Origin: an uncultured Pseudomonadales bacterium
GTDB lineage: Bacteria > Patescibacteriota > Microgenomatia > UBA1400 > Chazhemtobacteraceae
Direction: 5' to 3'
NCBI GenBank assembly: GCA_964422035.1
Contig: CAYQZQ010000001.1
Coordinates: 441,013 to 505,012 of the forward strand
DNA length: 64,000 nt
Shown: positions 35,804 through 44,121 of the stretch, piece by piece
Layout: each line of letters opens with the position of its first letter
Numbering within the stretch: position 1 is the stretch's first letter
Notes under the pieces: model-generated
What the model was told of the DNA's origin: nothing
The model's database searches: none
What the model saw: only the letters and a program-made list of their open reading frames with translations
Program-made: the position numbers and the translations under genes

Positions 35804-36856
35804 ATGGATAGACAAAAACAAGAAAAGATATCATCTGCAATTAAGCAAGTAATCGCTGGGAAAGATTTGGATAAAAAGAATTTGAAGGAAGTTTTTAAGA
35901 TTATATTGGAGCATGGGCTAGGAGATGCAAACGATGTTTCTTTTGGGGCTTTATTTGCAGCCCTACAGACTAAAGGTCCGACAGATAATGAGTTACTTGG
36001 CTTAATTGAGATTGTATTGAATTATGACAGAGAAAAAATTCCATACTCAGGGAATTCAAGCAATCTTTGTGGGGTAGTAGGAAGTGGTAAGGATGATATA
36101 AAAACTTTCAACATCAGCACTTGTGCGGCTTTTGTGGCCTCAGCAGCTGGAGTAAAAATGGTCAAAAATGGATCTCGCAGTGAATCTAGTATCGCTGGAA
36201 CCACGGACGTGCTTGAAGAACTAGGAGTAAAAATAAATCTTGAACCGGAAGAAGTTATTGAGGCTTTAGAAAAATATGGTATTACTTTTTGTGATGCAGG
36301 ACCTTATTTTCCCAGGATGAGTAGAGAATACGTTGGAAAATTTCTGTTTCCTCATCCACTGAGTTACACCTTATCCATAGCAAGTGGTTTAAGTTTTGAG
36401 AGGGTATTGTTTGGTGTTTCCTTTCCCGAAACTGAAAGGGTTGCTCATATTTTAAGAGAGCTTGGGTATCATGATTTCATGGTAGTTTCGGGTGAAGATG
36501 AAAAAGGTAGACGCTTCGATGAAATTTCAAATATCGGACCAACAAAGATCAGTGAGTATAAAAAGAATAAATTAAAAACTTATACTGCCAGTCCAGAAGA
36601 TTTTGGCATTAAATCCTCTGAGCATAAATACATTAAGGAAGGGGAGTCCGTAAAAGAGAACGCTAAAAAAATGCTAGATATTCTTAAAAATCAGACTGTC
36701 GCTCCAACGAGAGATGTTGTCTTGATAAACGCAGGAGCCCTCATTTATATAGCTGATAAAGCAGAAAGTATAAGAGAGGGCGTAAAAATGGCAAAAGAGG
36801 CCATAGAAAGCGGTGGGGCATTTGAGAAGTTCAAAAACTTGAGAGACTACAAATGA
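35804..36856 (+). CDS. TrpD-like protein (anthranilate phosphoribosyltransferase / glycosyl transferase family 3)
   Basis: CGVVGSGKDDIKTFNISTCAAFVASAAGVKMVKNGSRSESSIAGTTDVLEELGVK aligns with TrpD ..GTGGDG.NT.NISTAAAFV.AA.G..V.KHGNRS.SS..GSAD.LEA.G. The PRPP loop is altered (GSGKD instead of GTGGD). Confidence 0.75.
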   Translation: MDRQKQEKISSAIKQVIAGKDLDKKNLKEVFKIILEHGLGDANDVSFGALFAALQTKGPTDNELLGLIEIVLNYDREKIPYSGNSSNLCGVVGSGKDDIKTFNISTCAAFVASAAGVKMVKNGSRSESSIAGTTDVLEELGVKINLEPEEVIEALEKYGITFCDAGPYFPRMSREYVGKFLFPHPLSYTLSIASGLSFERVLFGVSFPETERVAHILRELGYHDFMVVSGEDEKGRRFDEISNIGPTKISEYKKNKLKTYTASPEDFGIKSSEHKYIKEGESVKENAKKMLDILKNQTVAPTRDVVLINAGALIYIADKAESIREGVKMAKEAIESGGAFEKFKNLRDYK

Positions 36857-38169
36857 ATAAAACAGTGAATCAAGGCTCCAAGTATACCGATTCTAAAATT
36901 GATTATATGGAGAGGGGTGAGTTGGAAAAATTACAATTAAAAAGGATAAAAGAAACGCTAAGGTGGGCATCTGAAAATTCTAGATTTTATCGTGAGTTGT
37001 ATAAAGAAATTTCAATAAAGACAATAAATAGTTTCTCAGATTTTAGAAAGCTACCTTTTACAACCAAAAAAGACTTGGTGAATAACTATCCTTTCGGAAA
37101 TCTGTGTGTGCCTCAAAAAGAAGTGGTTGAAGTTCATTTTTCTTCAGGTACAACAAATAGACCAGTTCCCACTTACATGACTCAAGAGGATTTATTATTG
37201 AGTAATGAGGCATTAGCGAGAACTTGGTATATGCAGGGGGTATGTTCGAATACCGTTTTTGGTATGCTTGCTTCTTATGGTCTATTTTCAGCTGGATTGC
37301 TGAATCATTATGCCATACAAAAGTTAGGGGCGTTTGTAATTCCTATTAGCTCATCTTCTACCGATAAGACAATAGGTTTGCTAAAAGACTATAGCATTAA
37401 TGCCACAGCAGCTGTAACTAGTTATTACTTATACCTTGTTAATAGGATAAGAGAATTAGGTTACTCTAAGGACAATTTTAATTTAGAGATTGCAATAGCA
37501 GGCGGAGAACCTTTTACTGAAAATCAACGAGACTATATTGAAAAGAATTTGGGGACTGAGTTGCTTGATCAATATGGTATTTCTGAGATTAATACCGGGT
37601 TGGCGGGAGAGTGTAAGCTCAAAAATGGATTACATATTTTAGCAGATTATGCATATCCAGAGATTGTTGATACTGAAACTGGGGAAGTCTGCGAGGAGGG
37701 GAAGTCTGGAGAATTAGTATTGACGACTCTTGCTAAAAGAGCTTCACCTCTTATTCGCTATAAGACAGGTGATATGGCGAGCATTACTTACAAGAAGTGT
37801 GGATGTGGAAGAACCTTACCTCGTATCTCAAAAATCATGAGAAGAAAAGGTGGTACATTGTTTTATAAAGGTAGGAAAATAGAGCGAGAATTTGTAATTA
37901 GTTTTATGGAAGATCAAGATGATTATCTGGATCCATACATTTGGAAGCTAATTTTGTCTGGCAATATGGGTAATCAGAAAATGTTTTTTAGGGTTTTGGT
38001 AAAAGGAGATAATAACCAAAAGGATTGCCTGAGAAAGCTTGAGATGGAATTTAAAAAGAAGGCAGGGATAAATGTTAAAGCTAAATTATTTTCTGAATCT
38101 GAATTAAAAAGCTTGGAAGAAGATAAGTTAAAACATTTTGTTGACAGACGCAAGGAGGTTGGTAAATAA
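36853..38169 (+). CDS. Adenylate-forming ligase of the PaaK / F390-synthetase / CapK family
   Basis: HFSSGTTNRPVPTYMTQEDL (the AMP-binding SSGTTG.P motif in PaaK-like spacing). 438 aa with the ANL two-domain layout. Confidence 0.75.
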   Translation: MNKTVNQGSKYTDSKIDYMERGELEKLQLKRIKETLRWASENSRFYRELYKEISIKTINSFSDFRKLPFTTKKDLVNNYPFGNLCVPQKEVVEVHFSSGTTNRPVPTYMTQEDLLLSNEALARTWYMQGVCSNTVFGMLASYGLFSAGLLNHYAIQKLGAFVIPISSSSTDKTIGLLKDYSINATAAVTSYYLYLVNRIRELGYSKDNFNLEIAIAGGEPFTENQRDYIEKNLGTELLDQYGISEINTGLAGECKLKNGLHILADYAYPEIVDTETGEVCEEGKSGELVLTTLAKRASPLIRYKTGDMASITYKKCGCGRTLPRISKIMRRKGGTLFYKGRKIEREFVISFMEDQDDYLDPYIWKLILSGNMGNQKMFFRVLVKGDNNQKDCLRKLEMEFKKKAGINVKAKLFSESELKSLEEDKLKHFVDRRKEVGK

Positions 38170-38170
38170 A

Positions 38171-39511
38171 ATGAGAAAGATATACACAATATTAGACGGA
38201 GAGAAATTGGCCGGGGATAGAGAGAAAGCAGTGATAAGCCCTTACTCTCTTAATCAGGTGGCCAATATTAATTATGCAAAATTAGAGAAAATTGAAAGAA
38301 AAAGAGCAAAAAAACATGATATGGCTTATCTGCGAAGAATACTACAAGATTTTGCAGATTATCTATCATCAGAATCCATTAAGTTAGCCAGAGTTGCCGC
38401 AGAAGAAACAGGGAGTCCAATAAAATATCACAAAAAAGACATTGAAGCTGTAATTGAATATATTGAGCATTTATGTGATGGTTTTGTATTTCAAGAAAGC
38501 CCATATGTTCATGAGTCTAAGGGAAAAGTCTTAATTCTGTTGTCGGCTAACGAGCCAGTTGTTTTAGGCACTATTCCATTATTAACGGCATTGATGACTG
38601 GGAACACTGTTTATCTTAAGCCATCTTCAAGGTCTCCATCTTATGCTTATTTAATCGTCAATAAGTTGCATAAATTAGGACTAGAAAGTGATCTTCTGCA
38701 TTTATTGCTTCCAGAAAAACAGGATATAGAGACCATCATTCAGAGACAAACTGTTGATTGTGTATTATCTTTTGGACATCACAAAACAAATAGAATATTA
38801 GGAGCTATTGCAGCTAAAGCAGGGGTCGAATTTATTCCAGAAAATGACGGAAACTGTTGGGCTTATGTTGATGAAGATTTTCCTTTTTGTAATAAGAAAT
38901 TGATATCAACAATAAAAAGGTCCGTGGTTAAGCACAATGGCCAGATGTGTGATTCATTACGCGGTTTATTAATTCACAATGAAGTTTTCGATGATATTTC
39001 CAAGGGAATAATAGAAAATATCAAAGATGTTAATATGGGTAATCCGTTAGATGTTTCGAGTGATGTAGGAGCTTTGCTAGTTGGTACAGCATCTAAGATC
39101 CCTGATCTTATAGAAGAAAGTAGTGGAAAGACCTATAAATACCATGTGGAAAACAATGTGGTGTCTCCTACTGTTGTTTTAGGTCCTCGTGCTGAATCGA
39201 CGTTAGTTGAAGATAGTGTTTTTGCGCCCGTTTTATGGATAAAGTCTGTTTCTGGACCACAAGAGGTAATTGAGTTATATAAGAGACATAATCACCATGG
39301 GTTATGCTTTTCAATATTCTCTAATGATGAATCCAGCATAGAGAAGTTAAGTAGAAACATCTCTGTGGGAAGGATAAATGTGAATTGCTCCCCGGTAGAA
39401 ATAGATGTTATGAGTCCGTGGGGAGGACTTAAAACGAGTGGTTATGGTGGGCCTACAAGTTGGTTTGACAGATTTACCAATAGAAAGGTAATAAACCATG
39501 GACAATTTTGA
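38171..39511 (+). CDS. Aldehyde dehydrogenase-superfamily protein (ProA / acylating ALDH-like); the ORF track gives 38138
   Basis: SFGHHKTNRILGAIAAKAGVEFIPENDGNCWAYVDED aligns with the ALDH FTGS..VG..I..AA...LELGGK motif. NGQMCDSLRGLLIH matches the catalytic-Cys region (compare ProA CNA.E.LLVH). An AAGGAGG SD precedes the ATG at 38171. Confidence 0.6.
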   Translation: MRKIYTILDGEKLAGDREKAVISPYSLNQVANINYAKLEKIERKRAKKHDMAYLRRILQDFADYLSSESIKLARVAAEETGSPIKYHKKDIEAVIEYIEHLCDGFVFQESPYVHESKGKVLILLSANEPVVLGTIPLLTALMTGNTVYLKPSSRSPSYAYLIVNKLHKLGLESDLLHLLLPEKQDIETIIQRQTVDCVLSFGHHKTNRILGAIAAKAGVEFIPENDGNCWAYVDEDFPFCNKKLISTIKRSVVKHNGQMCDSLRGLLIHNEVFDDISKGIIENIKDVNMGNPLDVSSDVGALLVGTASKIPDLIEESSGKTYKYHVENNVVSPTVVLGPRAESTLVEDSVFAPVLWIKSVSGPQEVIELYKRHNHHGLCFSIFSNDESSIEKLSRNISVGRINVNCSPVEIDVMSPWGGLKTSGYGGPTSWFDRFTNRKVINHGQF

Positions 39512-40154
39512 AATCGTAATAATAACTGGAGTTTCGGCAGATGGTAAGGTTACTCTTGGAGAAGGAGTAAGTAGCAAGAAGTTTGCGGCTTTGTTGTCTC
39601 CTGAGATGTCAGAACCGCTTCTAGAATTGAGACGGTGGGCGGATGTAATTTTAGTTGGGAGAAAAACAGTGAAGATAGACAACCCCTCTTTAAAATCCAA
39701 TGAAAATTCAGGACTAATTAGGGCAGTTATAGATAGAGAGATGCGCTTATCTTTAGACAAGAATATATTTGATGGGTCTGCGAGGACTCTAATTATTACA
39801 ACAAGCACAAACAAAGAGAAGGAGAGGCAGCTTAGACAAAAAGGTGTAGAAATTATAAGGATTTCACAAGAAGATTTTTTACCAGAATTAAAAAATGAGT
39901 TTGAGGAGCGTGGACTTTACAAGATAATGGTTGAAGGTGGAGGTAATTTGAATTATTTTATGTTAAAAAATCATTTTGTTGATAAAATCATCATCGCAAC
40001 TTTTCCTTTTATTGTAGGAGGAAAAGATACCCCAACTATAGTAGACGGAGAAAGCATAGCAACTATGAAAGAGGCAATAAAATTGAAATTAATTAGATCG
40101 TACTTGGTTGATAAAAATATGGTAGTAAATGAATTTGGGGTAGAAAATGACTAA
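39498..40154 (+). CDS. RibD C-terminal-type (dihydrofolate-reductase-like) reductase domain protein
   Basis: IVIITGVSADGKVTL...ADVILVGRKTV...KIMVEGGGNL matches the RibD_C / ArfC-like reductase layout. Confidence 0.65.
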   Translation: MDNFEIVIITGVSADGKVTLGEGVSSKKFAALLSPEMSEPLLELRRWADVILVGRKTVKIDNPSLKSNENSGLIRAVIDREMRLSLDKNIFDGSARTLIITTSTNKEKERQLRQKGVEIIRISQEDFLPELKNEFEERGLYKIMVEGGGNLNYFMLKNHFVDKIIIATFPFIVGGKDTPTIVDGESIATMKEAIKLKLIRSYLVDKNMVVNEFGVEND

Positions 40155-41040
40155 ACTTAAGAAAATTAAGCTGAAAAAATATTCTTCTTTAGATGATAAA
40201 TATTTTGCAAAAAGGCAATTATTATCAAAATCCTTAAATTTATCAAAAAAAGAACTTGGAGAGGTTTTTTCTGGTAAGGAAAAATACAAAATTGTTACAG
40301 GTTTTGGTCTAACAGGTTATTTTCATCTAGGAAGTAAATTGCTTCTAAACGAGGTAAAATTTTTTGCTGATCTTGGATTAGAAGCACAAATATTGTTGAG
40401 TGGATATGATACTAGAGTAAGAGGAACCACTAATTCCAAAAGCCCAGTACATATACAAAAAAGTATGTTGCAAATTATAGACAAACTAGACAAAAATGAA
40501 AAGATTAAAGTAGAGGAAAGATCCCCTGGAGTAGATTCCGAGATTTTCCAATCGATTAATGATTTAGTGAACAAAGATGATTTTGTTGAGTTTTATGGAC
40601 AAGAAATGGGTAAGAGTGGTAGAGATGCTTTGGTAGATATGGCAGCATCAATTATTGAAATTGATAATCAAAAGAAGATAGTTATATTGCTAGGGGTTGA
40701 TGAACTGGGTGAAGCTCTTTTCATCAGTCATGTTTATAAAAAGCTTGAGATGTCACCACCAGGTTTTTTATTCAATCATGTTGTACTCGGATATGACTCC
40801 AACAAAATGGGCAAGTCGCGTCCGGAATTTAGTTTAGTTATTTCATCGTCTGCAGAGGAAGAGATTAAGAAGGTTGAAAAATATCTTCGAAAAGATGGAG
40901 ATCACCGGAAATGTCCTTGTTATTATATAAATTTGTTCTCAAAGTATGGAGATCCCGAAATATCTACATGTAAGCGCGTGCATAAAAAATTACCTACGAT
41001 TATTAAAAAAGAATGTAAGGAGTTCGTGTCAAGCGACTAA
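40147..41040 (+). CDS. Truncated class-I aminoacyl-tRNA-synthetase-like paralog (TrpRS/TyrRS catalytic domain only, with a Cys-rich C-terminal tail)
   Basis: HIGH-like VTGFGLTGYFHLGS, KMSKS-like NKMGKSRPEF. No anticodon-binding domain. C-terminus HRKCPCYY..STCKRVH. 297 aa. Confidence 0.6.
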   Translation: MTKLKKIKLKKYSSLDDKYFAKRQLLSKSLNLSKKELGEVFSGKEKYKIVTGFGLTGYFHLGSKLLLNEVKFFADLGLEAQILLSGYDTRVRGTTNSKSPVHIQKSMLQIIDKLDKNEKIKVEERSPGVDSEIFQSINDLVNKDDFVEFYGQEMGKSGRDALVDMAASIIEIDNQKKIVILLGVDELGEALFISHVYKKLEMSPPGFLFNHVVLGYDSNKMGKSRPEFSLVISSSAEEEIKKVEKYLRKDGDHRKCPCYYINLFSKYGDPEISTCKRVHKKLPTIIKKECKEFVSSD

Positions 41041-41043
41041 AAT

Positions 41044-41748
41044 ATGAAGACATTAAAGCAAGCCTATAACGATTTTTTTGATCAGAAGTTTAACGTAGAT
41101 GTGGAGCCAGTTTATGACAATAAGGTTCAAAGTATATTAAAGTATGTTGATCATAATAAGCAGGTGCTAGACGTAGGGTGTTTGACAGGTTACTTGGGGT
41201 ATTTTTGTTTAAAAAAGAAAAACAGTACTAAGGTGGTGGGAATTGATTTTGTCGAAAACGCTTTAAAGCATGCTCGTAAGCTAGGTATTGATGCACGCTA
41301 TGGTAACGTCGAAAATGGCAGTTTGCCAATTCAGGATTCTGAGCGCTTTGACGTAATAATAGTTTCTGAGATAATTGAGCATTTGGTTGATCCTCTTGTT
41401 GTGTTGGAAAAACTCAAAAAGGTGCTCAAGAAAAACGGAAAGATAATAATTTCTACACCAAATATGGCTTATTTTCAATATAGATTTGAACTGCTAATGG
41501 GAAAGTTGCCAGATTTTTGTGAGTTTCGTGGTAAATATCCAGAAAGACCCTACAATTTTCAACACAAAACTTTATTTACTAAAAAAGTACTGGTCGAGAC
41601 ATTGGAAATGGCAGAATTAAAGCTTAAGAAACTTGATAGTCATAGCACATATAAGAGTAAGTTGGAGAAGTTTTTTGATCCTTTTGAAAAACTATTTCCA
41701 GGTGTGTTTGTTAAGAATATGATTGCAGTTGTTACTAAAAAGGATTAA
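41044..41748 (+). CDS. Class I SAM-dependent methyltransferase
   Basis: Motif I VLDVGCLTGYLG, motif post-I VGIDF, and DVIIVSEIIEHL. Confidence 0.8.
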   Translation: MKTLKQAYNDFFDQKFNVDVEPVYDNKVQSILKYVDHNKQVLDVGCLTGYLGYFCLKKKNSTKVVGIDFVENALKHARKLGIDARYGNVENGSLPIQDSERFDVIIVSEIIEHLVDPLVVLEKLKKVLKKNGKIIISTPNMAYFQYRFELLMGKLPDFCEFRGKYPERPYNFQHKTLFTKKVLVETLEMAELKLKKLDSHSTYKSKLEKFFDPFEKLFPGVFVKNMIAVVTKKD

Positions 41749-41754
41749 TGTTCA

Positions 41755-42633
41755 ATGAAGGCAGATAACAAGAAAATTCGAGAGTATGTACACAGAATAA
41801 AAGGTGATAAATCGAAGGTAAAAAGACTTCCAACAGAAAGAGAAAGTTATGTTTACTCGATTGAAGATCGTTTGATCTATAAAATTATGCCTGAGTCTCT
41901 TAACAGAAGTACTTATCAGGAGATTAACAGACTGCTTGAAGACAGCGGGGTGCCTTTTCCTAATTTAATTGATGAATGGAAAGAGGGAGGATTTCATCAC
42001 TTAATCCAGGAGAAGAAGTCTGGGAAAAAGTTGTCGGCAATGAATAACAAAGAAAAGGTAAAATATTATCCCGAAGTCGCAAGCATATTATATAAAATAC
42101 ATATGATTAAAATTAATTCAGTAGGGCCTATTGAAGAAGCTGGTGGTAAATTTTCAAATTGGGCAAGTTATATACGAAATTTTAAAAAATTTTCAGAGAA
42201 CCATGGGGATGTGGTTCCAGAATATGTTACAAAAGATGATTACGAAATAATATTAAGGGCTGTAGAAGATTTGGCACGGAGAAAAAATAATCCATGTTTG
42301 GTTCACGGTGATTTTATGGAAAAAAATATTTTAGTCGAGGGAGGGAAAGTAACTGCCATACTGGATTGGGATGTTGCAATAGCTGGTGATCGGATCATGG
42401 ATTTTGCTACTTTTCGTCTTTGGGATGGAATATTTATTAACAACTCACTAATTGAAGAATATTACCCTGAGAAAAAACTATTTGAACAAGACAAATTTGA
42501 GTTCTATTGTAATCGTTATCAGCTGTATTCAGGATTTATTACACTTGACTTTTTAATTAGTAACGAAGAGCAAGACTTGTTTAATTTACCAGAAAAAATT
42601 AACAGAATCTGCTCTAAAATACAAAAAAGGTGA
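41755..42633 (+). CDS. Aminoglycoside-phosphotransferase (APH)-family small-molecule kinase
   Basis: Catalytic loop LVHGDFMEKNILV and the ILDWDVAIAGDRIMDFA motif. Confidence 0.7.
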   Translation: MKADNKKIREYVHRIKGDKSKVKRLPTERESYVYSIEDRLIYKIMPESLNRSTYQEINRLLEDSGVPFPNLIDEWKEGGFHHLIQEKKSGKKLSAMNNKEKVKYYPEVASILYKIHMIKINSVGPIEEAGGKFSNWASYIRNFKKFSENHGDVVPEYVTKDDYEIILRAVEDLARRKNNPCLVHGDFMEKNILVEGGKVTAILDWDVAIAGDRIMDFATFRLWDGIFINNSLIEEYYPEKKLFEQDKFEFYCNRYQLYSGFITLDFLISNEEQDLFNLPEKINRICSKIQKR

Positions 42634-43871
42634 AGATACTATTCGTTCCTTTAAGCGAAACAGCGCTTGCTCATATTGTCAGGTGCTTAGTCATTGCGCT
42701 CGAAGCTAAAAAAGAGGGCCATGAGGTGCTTTTTACAAGCATAAGGGGGAGAACTGACTTGATTGATGGATTTGATATTCCTGTGTATAAAAATGGGATT
42801 AAACTTCTAAAAAATACAGAGGGTGAGATCGACAAAATATCACAAATCAGGAGATACGAGATTGAAGCAGCTAGATATTTTCATCCGGATGTGATTATAA
42901 ATGATCCAGTAATAGCCGGTTCATTTGCTGCAAGAAAGTTAAACTTACCATTGGTCTTAGTAACAAACTCGACACTTTTGCCGAATTATTCTGGATATTA
43001 TGGATATTCCAAGGTAGGAAAGGATTTGACTAGTAATTTCGGATACTTTGGTAATTATTACCCACGCAAGGTTATGTTTCCAAAAATTTTGAAAGTTTTT
43101 GACAGGCTTGATATCAAAAATATACCAAGACATTATAATAAATTATTTGATAGAAATTTAAAGATAATACCAAGCATCCCCCTACTTGATCCTCTAGATA
43201 ATCCAGACAGCCTAACACATTATGTAGGGCCCCTTTTGCTTGAAAACCACTGGAAACCTGATAGTGAGTTGGTTAATTTTGTAAATAAGGTAAGGGGTCC
43301 TCTGGTTGCAGTAAATTTTGGAGGGTCAGTATTTTTAGAAAATACTTATCATAGAACAATTGAAGTATTACTTTCTTGTGGCTATAAAATTGTAGTCGGA
43401 ATTGGCCCGAATTTTGATATTGAAAAATTCCAGAATAAATATGGAAAGGATAATAATTTGCTTATTAGACAATATACCCCAAATGAATATTTGGCAGAAA
43501 GAGCAAAATTTTTCATAATTTCCGGTGGACACGGAACACTAACTCAGACTTTATTGAATGGTTGTCCTGTTTTATGCATACCTCATAACGTGGACCAGAG
43601 CACATTTGCTCAGAGGGTTGAAGAATTAGGTTGTGGAATTAATGTGATGAGGATTGATAAACCGATGAAGGATCTTGATTATTGGAGGAAAAAAGCGAGC
43701 AATCTATCTAAAAATAAGTTATTCGATGCGATTAAGAAACTAGAGGTAAACGTTGAGAATTTTAGAACTAATTGTCGTCAAGTCGGTGATCAACTGTCTA
43801 AACATTCGAATCCTGCGAAAAAAATTTTGGATCTCACCGAAGAGTTTGTCGACCAAAAGCAACGCTTGTAA
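42630..43871 (+). CDS. GT1-family UDP-glycosyltransferase (MGT / UGT-like)
   Basis: C-terminal donor-binding signature FIISGGHGTLTQTLLNGCPVLCIPHNVDQSTFAQRVEELGCGI. Confidence 0.75.
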   Translation: MKILFVPLSETALAHIVRCLVIALEAKKEGHEVLFTSIRGRTDLIDGFDIPVYKNGIKLLKNTEGEIDKISQIRRYEIEAARYFHPDVIINDPVIAGSFAARKLNLPLVLVTNSTLLPNYSGYYGYSKVGKDLTSNFGYFGNYYPRKVMFPKILKVFDRLDIKNIPRHYNKLFDRNLKIIPSIPLLDPLDNPDSLTHYVGPLLLENHWKPDSELVNFVNKVRGPLVAVNFGGSVFLENTYHRTIEVLLSCGYKIVVGIGPNFDIEKFQNKYGKDNNLLIRQYTPNEYLAERAKFFIISGGHGTLTQTLLNGCPVLCIPHNVDQSTFAQRVEELGCGINVMRIDKPMKDLDYWRKKASNLSKNKLFDAIKKLEVNVENFRTNCRQVGDQLSKHSNPAKKILDLTEEFVDQKQRL

Positions 43872-43906
43872 TTATTGGAAGTGATAAATTTTTTAAGTGT
43901 TTTTTT

Positions 43907-43958
43907 AAGGTTAAAATCTCGTTCCAATGTTTTGAAGGAAAATCAAAGGTTTTGCAGG
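43907..43958. repeat. tRNA-Gln downstream flank (homolog of 31646..31690)
   Basis: aaggttaaaatctcgttccaatgttttgaaggaaaatcaaaggttttgcagg. Confidence 0.55.
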
Positions 43959-44005
43959 ATATAAAGGCATAAAACAGGTAGTAAGGTCGGAGGGGGTGCC
44001 CGTAC

Positions 44006-44079
44006 TGGTTGCCAGGCTAGGATTCGAACCTAGATTGACGGTGTCAGAGACCGCAGTCCTACCATTAGACGACCTGGCA
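44006..44079 (-). tRNA. tRNA-Gln (anticodon CTG)
   Basis: Reverse complement is TGCCAGGTCGTCTAATGGTAGGACTGCGGTCTCTGACACCGTCAATCTAGGTTCGAATCCTAGCCTGGCAACCA. Acceptor TGCCAGG/CCTGGCA. Anticodon stem GCGGT/ACCGT with loop CTCTGAC. T-arm CTAGG-TTCGAAT-CCTAG. CCA is encoded. Confidence 0.85.
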
Positions 44080-44121
44080 AAGTTTGTTTTAACCTATCTA
44101 ACCGTCTTATATTTTACCAAA

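Noticed and set aside
40147-41040. Mini class-I aaRS-like protein, considered as a cyclodipeptide synthase
   Set aside because: CDPSs lack the HIGH and KMSKS motifs. This protein retains HLGS and KMGKS, so a genuine ATP-dependent aaRS-like ligase is more likely.
31646-44079. Integrase, recombinase or transposase marking the island as an active mobile element
   Set aside because: No tyrosine- or serine-recombinase or transposase motifs were found in any frame. The island is therefore called a candidate or immobilised island, not a mobile element.
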